Shown here: in pieces, positions 45,049-59,325 of the stretch
Layout of the letters: every line of letters starts with the position of its first letter
Position numbering within the stretch: position 1 is the stretch's first letter
Source of the DNA: Eledone cirrhosa
Taxonomy: Eukaryota
Length of the DNA: 64,000 nucleotides
Reading direction: 5' to 3'
Assembly (NCBI GenBank): GCA_964016885.1
Contig: OZ024753.1
Location: 37,262,001-37,326,000 of the forward strand
Notes under the pieces: model-generated
Told to the model about the DNA's origin: nothing
The model's database searches: none
The model's input: the letters and a program-made list of their open reading frames with translations, nothing else
Made by a program: the position numbers and the translations under genes

Positions 45049-45085
45049 TTTTACCGGTTGCGCATTTCTGAATGCTTTTCAAAAA
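45049..45085 (-). ncRNA. Degenerate hammerhead with U3-A8-type core, in a (TA)n-flanked insert (44937-45170)
   Basis: Minus: ttt TTGAAAA gcatt-caga-aatgc GCAA ccgg TA aaa; GAAA is changed to GCAA. Confidence 0.5.
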
Positions 45086-45166
45086 TAATTTTGAGATAGA
45101 GCGTCCGTGAAGTTTGCTCTGATCTATATATATATATATATAGAGCGTCCGTGAAGTTTGCTCTGA

Positions 45167-45202
<36 letters not shown>

Positions 45203-45357
45203 GTGCTTTCACTGAAGCATATGCAGAAATGAATCTAAGACCTTGACATAGCTGAAGATTCGGAGTTCTAATCCCATCGAGGGCTACATTGCATTTCCCC
45301 CTTTCGGGTCGCTAAAGATAGTACCAGCCTTCAGCTTATCTGGTATATCTCTCTCTC

Positions 45358-45403
<46 letters not shown>

Positions 45404-45438
45404 TCTCTCTCTCTCTCACTCTCTCTCTCTATATATAT

Positions 45439-45507
<69 letters not shown>

Positions 45508-45884
45508 ATCTCCCCCCTCTCTCTCTCTCTCTCACTTTCTCTCTCTCTCTTCCATTCAGCTGTCACTTCCTTGATGTACCCCTAGATCAAGGAAGCGAGG
45601 ACTGAGGGGGTGTATATTTCTGCTCGCCAATGCATGAGCTTCTAAATCCCTTAGTGTACATATTACATTATACGCATTGTTCACTTTCAATCAGACACAT
45701 ACAGACATATACACATATACAGGCATAGACATACAGACATGAACATACACATATACAGGCATAGACATACACACATGAACATACACATATACAAACATAT
45801 ACATATAGATATGAACATACACATAATACACTTTTACACATACATACACAGAGATAAACACAAATACGAACATAAACAATAGAC

Positions 45885-46700
45885 ACATTGAAACATACAA
45901 ACACATATATAGACACACATACAAACATACACATAGACACACATACAAACATACACATAGACACACATACAAACATACACATAGACACACATACAAACAT
46001 ACACATAGACACACATACAAACATACACATATACACCCATACAAACATACACATAGACACACATACAAACATACACATAGACACACATACAAACATACAT
46101 ATAGACACACATACAAATATACACATAGACACACATACAAACATACACATAGACACAGATACAAACATACACATAGACACACATACAAACATACACATAG
46201 ACACACATACAAACATACACATAGACACACATACAAACATACACATATACACCCATACAAACATACACATAGACACACATACAAACATACACATAGACAC
46301 ACATACAAACATACATATAGACACACATACAAATATACACATAGACACACATACAAACATACACATAGACACACATACAAACATACATATAGACACACAT
46401 ACAAACATACATATAGACACACATCCAAACATACATATAGACACACATCCAAACATACATATAGGCACACATACAAACATACACATAGGCACACATCCAA
46501 ACATACATATAGACACACATACAAACATACACATAGACAAACATACAGACATACACATAGACAAACATACAAACATACACATAGGCACACATACAAACAT
46601 ACATATAGACACACATACAAACATACACATAGGCACACATCCAAACATACATATAGGCACACATACACACATACATATAGGCACACATACAAACACATTT
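45885..46700. repeat. 24-bp minisatellite (acaaacatacacatagacacacat), more than 30 copies
   Basis: Direct inspection; explains the THTNIHID repeat ORF. Confidence 0.95.
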
Positions 46701-46949
46701 GCACACATACAAATACACACATAGGGACATATATAAACATATATATAGGGACACATACAAACACACACATAGACACATATACAAACATACACATAGGAAC
46801 ATATACAAACATACACATTTGCACTTGCACACCAGGCTAAGTTTGTGTGATAATATTTTTCTTTAGTCTGTCGCCTTGATTTGACAACAATCTATGCCCA
46901 TGATACGATCAAATTACACCAACTTCTGGTTCTTCTAAGCCCTAAATTT

Positions 46950-47111
<162 letters not shown>

Positions 47112-47662
47112 ACCCACACACTATATGCATTCATAAAACAGAAAATTACTCATTTGAATTATATGCCCACCCTTTAAACTTTAGCCGTTGTGCCCGTGTA
47201 TGAAATCAAATTAGAAAAATATATATTTTTATATTTATTCATAACATCTAGTGTAATCCAAGATGTGTGGTTAATAATACAGAAAGTTCGTAAAGTCTAA
47301 CGCGTATAGAAATTGTCACTGAGTCACATTGGTTCAAATATTGAAACAAAAAAAGTATCTAATAGGTTTTGTTGTGGTAGAATTGCTACAAGTGTTAAAA
47401 TTGTAAACTAATATTAAATATTAATTATTAGGCACCACATGTAAGTTTCGTTTTTCACCGAAAATATAATCCGCTTTTTCTATATTCGCTTCCACTTATC
47501 AAGTTCATGAAACCATAAAGACTGTCCTATATATGGCTGTTCATAACAACCAAAGCTCTCTCAAATAACGGTGTTTATATATGTAGTCACTTTGCCGTCA
47601 TATTTTGTTAAACATTTCCAAAAAAAAAATAGAAATGTAAATATTATTTTAAAATAAATTTT

Positions 47663-47845
47663 GGATTGGCAGTATCGGTAGAGAGTCGGACGCCATGCTT
47701 TCCAGAATAGTTACGTCCCTTTACGGTCTGAGTTCAAATCCCGCCGAGGTTCACTTTGCCTTTCATCCTTATGGGGTCGATAAAATAAAGTACCAGTAAT
47801 GCACTGGGTAATTGATGGCCTTGTGCCAAAAGTAGTAACAATTAT
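47663..47845 (+). mobile_element. SINE S1 with TSD of about 19-20 bp
   Basis: attattttaaaataaatttt (47643-47662) and attattttaaataaatttt (47841-47859). Confidence 0.92.
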
Positions 47846-48343
47846 TTTAAATAAATTTTCAACTTTTATAAGAATAATATAAATATATATTTATTTACCT
47901 CATTCTTAAACATTTATAAGTTAGATAGAAACACATGTATGATGTCGTAGGAACGCCATCTTGAGCACTTTAAACCTGGTGGAGATCTGAACAGTTGATT
48001 TCTTTCAGAAAAGGAGAATGTGTGTGATAGAGAGAAAGTGAGAAAGGGATATATAAAAAGAATCAACCCTAGTACGAAACTGGTACTTAATTTATCGAGT
48101 TCGAAAGGATAAAAGGCAAGAATTTATACTAAAGATCGAAATAAATACTCATTGAAATAACTTTATAAAACGAAAGCGAAGACAGAGTGGCCATTAAAAT
48201 ATCATTATTATACTATAGAATTGCGTTGGAGTATATTTGAAAGAAAAGGATAACTAGTCTGAAGATCTTAGTATTGCAAATTACCTCGTAAGAAGAAATT
48301 AATATTGTGAAATATTTAAGTAGCCATTTAATTACAATATAAC

Positions 48344-48465
<122 letters not shown>

Positions 48466-49415
48466 CATATATATGTATGTATGTATATATACATACATAT
48501 ATATGTATATATATATGTATATATATATATATACATATATATATACCATACACACACACACACATATATATATATACCATATATATATATAATCACACAA
48601 GCATACACATGTATATATATATATGTGAGTGTGTGTGTGGGAGGGGGTATACGTGTTTGTGTGTGTGTGTGCGTGTTACCAAACGTGTCGTTCTTTCACC
48701 ATGGGGTGAAATAAATTGTCCATACTTCCTTATCCTAGAGACAAGAAAGTATAACATTTAAACAAAAATAAAGCCAAGTTGATATTAACACCACAATCGA
48801 AATTAGTTGTAAATTAGTGTTTAACTAAATTAACAAGTTTGTTTTTACGTAACACGTAATAATATCTACAGAAACAACCTTATGAAAGCGACACGAATGT
48901 GAAATATTTTCTGACCTGTGAACTTAAACCTTGTAATGACTGTTGATTACATACACTTCGACATTATACTTAATGAAATAATAATATCTAGCTTTAGATT
49001 TCGTACTAAGTACACAAATGATCAACAGGCAGAATTAACAACAAAAAGTACATTACAACAATAACAACAACAAAACAATAAAAAAAATTAATATTAATGA
49101 TAATAAAAATAATAATGATAATAAAATATATATATATACTATATATATGTGTGTGTGTGTGTGTCTATGAGTGTGTTTTTGTGTGTGTGTGTTTGTATAC
49201 AGCTATACGTGCTTATATTATATACGCATATAAAATGATAATAATGAGATGTTGAGCGTTCTTTAAGAATTCATGTCTCAAATGTTTAGTATTTGTTTTC
49301 AATCCAAATGGGCATTCATTTACGACTCGATTTTCATAGTCATCCATCTAACAATAACATGATAGTGTGAGAAAATGGCTATATTTCACCATCATCATCA
49401 TAATTGGAATATATT

Positions 49416-49452
<37 letters not shown>

Positions 49453-49475
49453 ATGTGTGTGTGTGTGTGTGTGTT

Positions 49476-49543
<68 letters not shown>

Positions 49544-49696
49544 AAAATACACACACACACACACACACACAGACATAAATATATGTATATATATATGTAT
49601 GTATATATATGTAGAGGTTATATTTAATTTGTTGGGATACAACAAGCAAAATATTTTTATAACTGATATAAAGCACTCAACAAATTATTGGAGTAA

Positions 49697-49866
49697 ATAT
49701 ACAATATATTAACAAATGGAAACTATATTTATAAAACCATATTTATTTCATTATATTTTATCTGATGAAAGCGCACTATAGTTTGCTTTGGTGGCCCTTG
49801 AAATATGTATAATGAAATAAATATTGTTTTATTAATATAGTTTCCATTTGTTAATATATTGTATAT
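49697..49866 (+). mobile_element. Family H fold-back copy: inverted arms enclosing a hammerhead core (49762-49809)
   Basis: Arms about 49697-49755 and 49808-49866; CTGATGA...GAAA tatg TA lies between them. Confidence 0.8.
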
Positions 49867-49923
<57 letters not shown>

Positions 49924-51464
49924 GTGTGTGTGTATTTATATATATATATATGTGTGTGTGTGTGTATAATCATATATATGTGTATATATATATATATTTG
50001 TATCATCATCATCGTTTATATATATATGTATATATACATTTATATATATGTATATATATATGTGTGTGTGTCTATGTATGTATATATATATATACACACA
50101 TATATATGTGTATATATAAAATGTCTGTGTATATCTTTGTATGTATAGATATATGCATATATGTATGTGTGCGTACAACATATATACACATATATGTATG
50201 TGTGCATATACATATACATATACACATATATGTATGTGTGCATATACATATACACATATATGTATGTGTGCATATATATATACACATATATGTATGTGTG
50301 TATATATACATATATGTGCATTGCGGTTGATCTCGAGGGATATTATAAGATACCTTTATAAACACTAATACACTCATTTGTTTCCGAGCTGAAATATAAA
50401 ACCTTACTACGTTTCACTGTTATAAACCAATTTAAATTTACATTATATAATAACATTGGGCATGACGAAACGGCGACGAATCACCCTATTCAGTCACTCG
50501 GTCGACAAGAATAAGTAACTAAATCTCTTTCAAATCACACCCTTTAGCCTAAAACAAATGAAATCTTAGATATGTAGTACTAGATACATTATTACTAACA
50601 AAACAACAGAAGGTTTTACACAGATGAAGTGTTTCTGATCAATGATTTAGAGATAAAGGGTGATACGAAATTGATAACGTTAGCAACAACACTTTCTCTG
50701 ACAGCAGCCTGGTGAATTCAGTATCAGACTCGCTTTTAGTTGCCCGACAATCTGAAGAACGGATTTTAAAATGTAAATAACTGAATTACAATTAATTTCA
50801 TGGCTTGAGACATTCGTATTAGCTGTCATCGTTTCAATTCGCCTCGCTGAAATTTTAACGATAGCAAATTGTATTGTTGAAATATCCACCGCATTCCTGC
50901 GGGTTTTTCATCGAAGTGTACTGGTTTCTTGAAAACTTCTAGCGTTCTGGCTCTCCCCCCCCCCCCCTACGCGCCACTATAAGGGTGGAGTTGGTCATCC
51001 GCAGGATGTTGTTGAACTTTTTAACTATAGGTCAATATTACTGAGAAAATATATAATCAAAGACGTTCGTATCATGATCATTTCGTCTTTTATGATTTTT
51101 TTAAAATTTTAACTATTATTACGCTGTGAAATTTGACTTTCTCATTTTTTTAACCCTTTCTTTACGTATTTCTAAAGAAACACACTCTATTTCAATTAAT
51201 AAACGAAAGCTTTTGAAAGATCTACTAAGATTATTAATAACTTGATTACGAAGCTGGTAACTTAATATTTTGATTTTATATAAAATTATGTTGGGAAATA
51301 TTAATTTGAAGAGGAACACTTAATGGTGGGTAGTTCTGTTTCATAGAACGAGAGCCGGTTTAGGCGGTTTGAAGGTGGCCGGTCAAAAATGTTCTAGAAT
51401 GTAAGAGAAAGAGAGACATGCACACGTATTCATACATACATACACACGTATTCCTACATTCATA

Positions 51465-52020
51465 CATGGTGGCTGCCAACTCGTTTTCGAGTACGGTCAC
51501 TACTTTATATCCATGTAGGAGAACTCCTACCGATGCGCTGAACGAGTGTGACTTTTTAGTCCAGCCAGCGACTTGGAAACTCTGGTACAAACACTACACT
51601 TGTGACAATTATTGACACATAGTGCTGGGCCCATGGTACCATGTGACGACAAGTGCAGAGAGATATCCAGATATAAAGCAATGCCTGTGCCGTGAAGCTT
51701 TTATAGTGAGCAAAGGCACTGCACAAAGCCAGTCCCACTCTCTTAACCAAGATGATATTTACCAAAAAGAAGAACAAGTCAACATCATTGGATACCATCA
51801 GGGTTGCAGGTGTTATATCAGAGTTTTCCTTCTCCTAGAATTCTGCCTTGACAAAGGCTAAGGGGTCATCTCTCCCGGTGATTTTGGATGACCATTGACT
51901 TTTAAGAGCTCCTTTGCCCTTTGACAGGTTTTGTTTTTAGTCCTGCAGGATATCCAAAGTCACCCTCCTCACCAAGAAACCTTGGTGGGGTTGCCAGTTT
52001 AGTCGCCAACGACCCGACCA
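51465..52020 (-). mobile_element. RTE-like non-autonomous element R1, long form
   Basis: Matches 57843-58397 over its length; (TATG)-type flanks. Confidence 0.88.
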
Positions 52021-52454
52021 TTCATACATACATATATACATACAAGGAATAGAAAATGTATGAATTATGCAATTTCTGGAGTTCTGATGTTTGAGCTGAC
52101 GTTTGCTAAATATATATACATTTGGTGATCGCTTCTTAATTTTGTTAAGTGAAACCAATGTGGTAAGATATGGTTATACGCTTCGCTGCCAAGAAATCTA
52201 CTTTATAAGTGCAACACCCACCACAGTCAGCACGCCATGCTTTTTTTTTTTTTTTTCGAAAGCCCTGTATATTTTTTCGTACTATAATCGTATTCTAAGC
52301 TACAAATGCAACATTGTGATATGGGGTGTCTTTTGGTGGAAGAGGTAATATTTCGATTTGGGTTACTAAGTGGGAATATATATTTTTAACATGAAGTTTC
52401 AAGTTTATTGTCCCAGAGTGAATATTCACTTTATGATTGAAAGAAAAATGTTTA

Positions 52455-52920
52455 TAATCCACCACCGGCGTGCTCTTCCCTCGTCTCTGATGTGCCCGAC
52501 CAGTTGGTGTTTTATAGACAGCAAGGCGAGAGGCCAGCAGTAGTAGTAGTGTAATATTGTCGGTGAGGGGCATGTCTACGACTCTGCTAATCCAGCACCG
52601 GCGTGATCTCCCCTCGGCTCTGATGTGCCCGAGCAGTCGGTGTTTTATAGACAGCAAGGCGAGAGGCCAGCAGTAGTAGTAGTGTAATATTGTCGGTGAG
52701 GGGCATGTCTACGACTCTGCTAATCCAGCCCCGGCGTGATCTTCCCTCGGCTCTGATGTGCCCGATCAGTTGGTGTTTTATAGACAGCAAGGCGAGAGGC
52801 CAGCAGTAGTAGTAGTGTAATATTGTCGGTGAGGGGCATGTCTACGACTCTGCTAATCCAGCCCCGGCGTGATCTTCCCTCGGCTCTGATGTGCCTGACC
52901 AGTTGGTGTTTTATAGACAG
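52455..52920. repeat. GC-richer 133-bp tandem repeat, 3.5 copies
   Basis: cggtgagggg at 52561, 52694 and 52827. Confidence 0.95.
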
Positions 52921-53272
52921 ACAATTACGGATATTATATTGATATTAGGTTGCCTACCTCAGAAAGGAAGAACACATTAGCGATGAAGGGCGGAGATAAT
53001 ACGTAAAGAATAAAAATATAGAAAAATAGAAGGCTATGAGAGGAGACATAGAGAGAGGGAGAGTGGGAGAGAGAGAGGGGGGGGGGGAACAGAAAGAGAC
53101 AGAGAAAGTGAGAGATAGCGGGGGACAAAGTGATAAGGAATAAAGAGAAGAAAGAATGAGAGACATGAATGAAATGAAAGGAGCTTCTGTTAAAGTGTTT
53201 CTATCTTGTCTGTTGTGAGGGAAATAATGGTTTTTTACGTTGTCCTGAGGCCACACATTTGCTATGAAGGAT

Positions 53273-53440
53273 GCCGTCGATTGAACTCACTCCATTACTT
53301 GTTGGCTGGTTTGTTGGCTTCATTTTAACATCCACACTCGGCACGATGAAAGACAATGTCAACGCCGGCGGGATTTGAAATCAGAGAGTACAGAGAAGAG
53401 ACTAAAACCGCAAGGTATTTAAGTCGACGCCCCACCGCTT
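53273..53440 (-). mobile_element. SINE S1, old
   Basis: gatgaaagacaatgtcaacgccggcgggatttgaaatcaga. Confidence 0.6.
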
Positions 53441-53612
53441 ATACAACAATAACAAAAAATAAAATAAACGATGAATACACACACACACACACACATATAT
53501 ATATTATATATATATATATAATGTATTAAATATATATATTATGTATTAAATATATTATATATATATATAGAATATATATTAAATATATTGTATGTATATA
53601 TATATGTATGTG

Positions 53613-53670
<58 letters not shown>

Positions 53671-53799
53671 TGAGGCTGTTCTTCAGTCATCTGTTCAGTG
53701 TCCCGTAACTATATGAAAGATGTGAACTTTTATTTAGAAGCGTTAAACCATCGCTGGTTAAGACACTGGGGTCATCTGAAGAACAGATGTTTGTGAGAA

Positions 53800-54565
53800 T
53801 GGAGGTAGTGGTGGTGTGGTGGCGGTCGTAGTGGTGGTGGTGGTGATGGTGGTGGTGGTGGAGGTGATGGTGGTGGTTGTGGTTTTAGTGGTGGTGGTTG
53901 TGGTTTTGGTGGTTGTGGTGGTGGTGGTGGTGTGGTGGCGGTCGTAGTGGTGGTGGTGATGGTGGTGGTTGTGGTTTTAGTGGTGGTGGTTGTGGTTGTG
54001 GTTTTGGTGGTTGTGGTGGTGGTTTTAGTGGTTGTGGTTTTAGTGGTGGTGGTGGTGGTGGTGGTTTTAGTGGTTGTGGTGGTGGTGGTGGTTTTGGTGG
54101 TGGTGGTGGTGGTGGCGGTGTGGTGGCGGTCGTAGTGGTGGTGGTGGTGGTGGTGATGGTGGAGGTGATGGTGGTGGTGGTGGTTGTGGTTTTGGTGGTG
54201 GTGGTGGTTGTGGTTTTGGTGGTGGTGGTGGTTGTGGTTTTGGTGGTGGTGGTGGTGGTTGTGGTTTTGGTGGTGGTGGTGGTGGTTGTGGTGGTAGTGG
54301 TTTTGATGGTGGTGGTGGTGGCGGTGTGGTGGCGGTCGTAGTGATGGTGAAGGTGGTGGTTGTGGTTGTGGTTGTGGTGGTGGTGGTGGCGGTGGTGGTG
54401 GTGGCGGTGTGGTGGCGGTCGTAGTGATGGTGGTGGTGGTGGTGATGGTGGAGGTGATGGTGGTGGTTGTGGTTGTGGTTTTGGTGGTGGTGGTTGTGGT
54501 TTTGGTGGTGGTGGTGGTGTTAATGGTGGTGATAACGATGGTGCCGTTGGTGGTGGTTGTGGGTG
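53800..54565. repeat. (GGT)n-derived compound repeat
   Basis: Direct inspection; a similar tract lies at 59600-59890. Confidence 0.9.
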
Positions 54566-54754
54566 ATAGTGGTATTGTGAGTGGTTGTGACTTTAATGTT
54601 CAAGTGTGGTGGCAGCTGTAGCGTTGTTGTTGTCATTGTTGTGGTTGTTGTTCAGAGACAGGTCAGCCTTAATAGTGTCGTGTGCATGTATGAGTGTATG
54701 TGTGAGTGTATGTGTGTGTGTGTGTGTGTGTCTAACAGTATTTGTGTTTCTGTG

Positions 54755-54836
<82 letters not shown>

Positions 54837-54917
54837 GGTAAACAGAAATAACAACACAATCGGTACAGTAGTTGGAAGGGATATATTAGGTTAACGTTTG
54901 ATATAGCAGGAAGGGGG

Positions 54918-54953
54918 TCTTAACGTTTCGGACGCTAGTCCTTCATCAGAAGA
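54918..54953 (-). ncRNA. Minimal type-I hammerhead (family J; insert about 54832-55010)
   Basis: Minus: tctt CTGATGA a ggac-tagc-gtcc GAAA cg TT aaga; palindromic AACGTT, GUU triplet. Confidence 0.85.
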
Positions 54954-55179
54954 AAGAATGAGAAATAAGATAGATTGACGGGGACGGGCGGGATGGAATA
55001 ATCACACAAGCACACACATGTATATATATATGTATATACATATATATATATATATATACATATATATACATATACACATATATATATATACATATACATA
55101 TATATATATATATATATACATATACACATATATATATATATATATATATACATATACACATATATATATATACATATAC

Positions 55180-55252
<73 letters not shown>

Positions 55253-55380
55253 GTGGTAGATAGATAAAAAGATAGATGGATGGATGGATAAATGCGTTGT
55301 TACTAATTAAGAATAATAAGATCATGAACATAAGACTACATACTTAAGGAAAGTAGCTTACATATATCTATCTACAGAGA

Positions 55381-55469
<89 letters not shown>

Positions 55470-55848
55470 CGTACAACTGATATCTCAATAATCGCTCATT
55501 CGTCTGGTTTAACAAACGTCTTAGCATATCAATCACTGTCTTCGGTACAGTAAAATACAGTTTAGTTAATGGCGGCTATCGGCGCCTGGACACAGACGAC
55601 GTTTAACGTTGATGGTTGACAAACCTCTGATAAATCAACACTGAACTAACAACAACTGGAGAGCAGAACGTCTGCTTTCCCAAGCAATATCTCTAAATGG
55701 ACGCCATCTTTTGCTATCTCACGCCAGCCACTGATAGATGGAGAGATAGGATACGAAAGCTCTGCATATAGTTCTGATATGTTTATTTTCAAAGTGATGC
55801 GATCATTTCCGTCAGAAATGTTCTTCCATGCTACACCTTATCTATCTA

Positions 55849-55932
<84 letters not shown>

Positions 55933-55939
<7 letters not shown>

Positions 55940-56291
55940 GTGAGGTTTTTTTTACAAAATGAAAAATAACCGAGGTGTCCTACACGAGTGGAAGTATAAA
56001 GAAAAAGGGATGAAATCGAAAATGCAACTGAAGTCTTATTTTTTTTTTTAAATATATATATTTATTTGGTTCCTTTACCGGTTTCGCAGTTCTTCTGCTT
56101 TTCAAAAGGTGAGTTGAGATGGAGGGTCTGTGGTTTTTCTCACATCTGATGTGAGAAAAACCACAGACCCTCCATCTCAACTCACCTTTTGAAAAGCAGA
56201 AGAACTGCGAAACCGGTAAAGGAACCAAATAAATATATATATTTTTAAAAAAAATAAGACTTCAGTTGCATTTTCGATTTCATCCCTTTTT

Positions 56292-56298
<7 letters not shown>
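55933..56298 (-). mobile_element. Fold-back family I (palindrome 55995-56298, axis 56147) plus tail
   Basis: Arms of about 152 bp that differ only at a T/A run; flanked by (TA)n. Confidence 0.9.
56185..56222 (+). ncRNA. Hammerhead with U3-A8 variant core (mirror copy 56072-56109 on minus)
   Basis: cctt TTGAAAA gcag-aagaa-ctgc GAAA ccgg TA aagg. Confidence 0.75.
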
Positions 56299-56323
<25 letters not shown>

Positions 56324-56327
<4 letters not shown>

Positions 56328-56740
56328 TGGCTGCCAACTCGTTTTCGAGTACGGCCACTACTTTATATCCATGTAGGAGAACCCTTACTGATGCGCTGAA
56401 CGAGTGTGACTTTTTAGTCTAGCCAGCGACTTGAAAACTCTGGTACAAACACTACACTTGTAACAATTATTGATAATATAGTGCTGGGCCCATAGTACCA
56501 TGTGACGACAGGTGCAGAGAGATCTCCAGATATAAAGCAATGCCTGTGCCGTGAAGCTTTTATAGTGAGCAAAGGTTCTGCACAAAGCCAGTCCCACTCT
56601 CTGAACCAAGATGATATTTACCAAAAAGAAGAACAAGTCAACATCATTGGATACCATCAGGGTTGCAGGTGTTATATCAGAGTTTTCCTTCTCCTAGAAT
56701 TCTGCCTTGACAAAAGCTAAGGGGTCATCTCTCCCGGAGA
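56324..56740 (-). mobile_element. R1 short form
   Basis: Same extent as 6356-6769. Confidence 0.87.
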
Positions 56741-56750
56741 TATATATATA

Positions 56751-56846
56751 CAGGGTGTCCCAAAAAATTTGACATCATTGAGCTAGACTTAGTAGTTTTC
56801 GAGATATTTGCTTTTAAAATGATGTCAAATTCTTAAAATATGACCT
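56751..56846. mobile_element. Tc1/mariner-type MITE remnant
   Basis: TA-CAGGGTGTCCCAAAAAATTTGACATCATT with a partial inverse aatgatgtcaaatt at 56818-56831. Confidence 0.55.
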
Positions 56847-57158
56847 AAATTTCACTGAGTGGGCAATTAGATTATCGTTCGCTTAAGATTGGAGGAATAG
56901 AAATTTTGTTTAAATGTCAAGAAGTCAAAATGATAAATGACTTCATTTGGAGACATATTGATTAGAAATGAATTTATAAATTAATTTTAAATAACGAAGC
57001 ATCTAATGAGTTTTTGACACGATAAATACACCGGACAAAAACCTTACTAATGAGGCTTTCATTGGTTGTATACGAAATATTCTGTAGTGGAGTGTAGGAG
57101 TTTGAAGTGGAAATGTTATTCCATCTTGTGAAATTACATCCGAAAATTTTCTTCTGCA

Positions 57159-57225
<67 letters not shown>

Positions 57226-57232
<7 letters not shown>

Positions 57233-57529
57233 TAAAATAACAGATTAAAGTTTAAGCAAAGAGTCGCTGTTTCACCCTTAACGGGATCTTCTTAAACTAA
57301 CAAAGTCAATCTGTAAACGCAGAAGTGGATATTTAAAAAAACGTTGCAACCGGAGGAAGACAGGAAGACGATACTTTGGTTCGTGGAAACGTTCCTGGCA
57401 AAGAACGGGAAAAAACGAATATAATACGTCATTAATAGGAGCGGTGAAAAGCAATTACGCGCAAAGACAGAACCACGTTTATGGTATAAAAGAAGTCGTA
57501 GACTAATGTTCTCTTAGGTGGTTCATTAT

Positions 57530-57533
<4 letters not shown>
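57226..57533 (-). mobile_element. Family G copy with a longer 5' extension and decayed hammerhead
   Basis: Matches 26160-26356. Confidence 0.85.
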
Positions 57534-57591
<58 letters not shown>

Positions 57592-57842
57592 ATGTGAATG
57601 TGTGTCTTTCTCTGGAAGAAATCAGCTGTACTCAGGCCTGGAGAGGAATGGGCTCCACCAGACTTAAAATTCCCAAGGAACACCGCATGTCAATACGGCG
57701 CCCCTGCGTCTCTGTCGGGAATCACGGGACCATACATGTATGTATGTATGTATGTATGTATGTGTGTATGTATGTATGTATGTATGTATGTATGTATGTA
57801 TGTATGTATGTATGTATGTATGTATGTATGTGACCTGTCTCA

Positions 57843-58397
57843 TGGTCGGGTCGTTGGCGACTAAACTGGCAACCCCACCAAGGTTTCTTGGTGAGGAGGG
57901 TGACTTTGGACATCCTGCAGGACTAAAAACAAAACCTGTCATAGGGCAAAGGAGCTCTTAAGAGTCAATGTCCATCCAAAATCACCGGGAGAGATGACCC
58001 CTTAGCCTTTGTCACGGCAGAATTCTAGGAGAAGGAAAACTCTGATATAACACCTGCAACCCTGATGGTATCCAATGATGTTGACTTGTTCTTCTTTTTG
58101 GTAAATATCATCTTGGTTAAGAGAGTGGGACTGGCTTTGTGCAGTGCCTTTGCTCACTATAAAAGCTTCACGGCACAGGCATTGCTTTATAGCTGGAGAT
58201 CTCTCTGCACTTGTCGTCACATGGTGCCATGGGCCCAGCACTATGTGTCAATAATTGTCACAAGTGTAGTGTTTGTACCAGAGTTTTCAAGTCGCTGGTT
58301 GGACTAAGAAGTCACACTCGTTCAGCGCATCGGTAGGAGTTCTCCTACATGGATATAAAGTAGTGGCCGTAGTTGGCCGTAGTTGGCAGCCACCATG
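57843..58397 (+). mobile_element. R1 long form, sense orientation
   Basis: Retains C2H2 finger codons CHKCSVCTRVFKSLVGLRSHTRSAHR* (58256-58336); (TATG)n on both sides. Confidence 0.88.
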
Positions 58398-58869
58398 TAT
58401 GTATGTATGTATGTATGTATGTATGTATGTATGTATGTATGTATGTATGTATGTATGTATGTATGTATGTTCTGGTTTTATAATTTCCCAATTTTTTTCC
58501 CAATAGAGAGAAAGTCGGTTTCTAACATAGACACAAGCCTCTCTCATTGGAATTTACACAACATCAACTAGGTAGATATGTATGCATGTTTGCATGCATG
58601 CATGTGTAGATATGGATGTTATTGTATGTGTGTATGTGTATGTTTTGAGTTGTATGTGTGCATGTGTATATGCTTTGTATATGCTTTGTACATGTGTATA
58701 TGCAGTTATTAGATGCAAAATGTTTGGAATGTTTTACATATTTTTACTGTTCCATTAATGGATTGTACTTGTAATTTCCTGTATGTATGTATGTGTGTGT
58801 GTATGTATGTATGTATACATGTATGTATGTATGTGTGTATGTATGTATGTATGTATGTATGTATGTGTG

Positions 58870-59130
58870 TATGTATGTATGTATGTATGTGTGAATGTAT
58901 GTGTGTATGTATGTATGTATGTATGTATGTATGTATGTATGTATGTATGTATGTATGTATGTATGTTTGTATGTATGTATGTATGTATGTATGTATCTGT
59001 GTATGTATGTATATATATATATGTATGTATGTATTCATGCACGTCTTTGATATCAGCCGCAGGCTTAAGAACCTGAATTAACCAAGTAAATAAATCAATG
59101 AAAATAACAGAGAATGGAGAGAAGTTAATA

Positions 59131-59222
<92 letters not shown>

Positions 59223-59325
59223 ATTCATTCAAAATGACAAACACTCACGAATAGGTACATACTTTCATGATAACACACATATACTCACACGCTAACACAT
59301 ACACACATACATGCATACATACCTA
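58870..59325. repeat. Left arm of an inverted duplication (partner 63593-64000 and beyond)
   Basis: Unique segments 59030-59135 and 59220-59325 recur reverse-complemented. Confidence 0.92.

Noticed and set aside
50680-50889. 69-aa ORF ending CCQRKCCC
   Set aside because: No in-frame ATG at the listed start and no recognisable homology or splice context.
52570-52600. HDV-like ribozyme suggested by tctgctaatccagc
   Set aside because: Could not build P1, P3 and P1.1 pairings by eye.
53898-54621. Gly/Cys-rich structural-protein-like ORF
   Set aside because: A (GGT)n-derived repeat; open frames shift and stops are interspersed.
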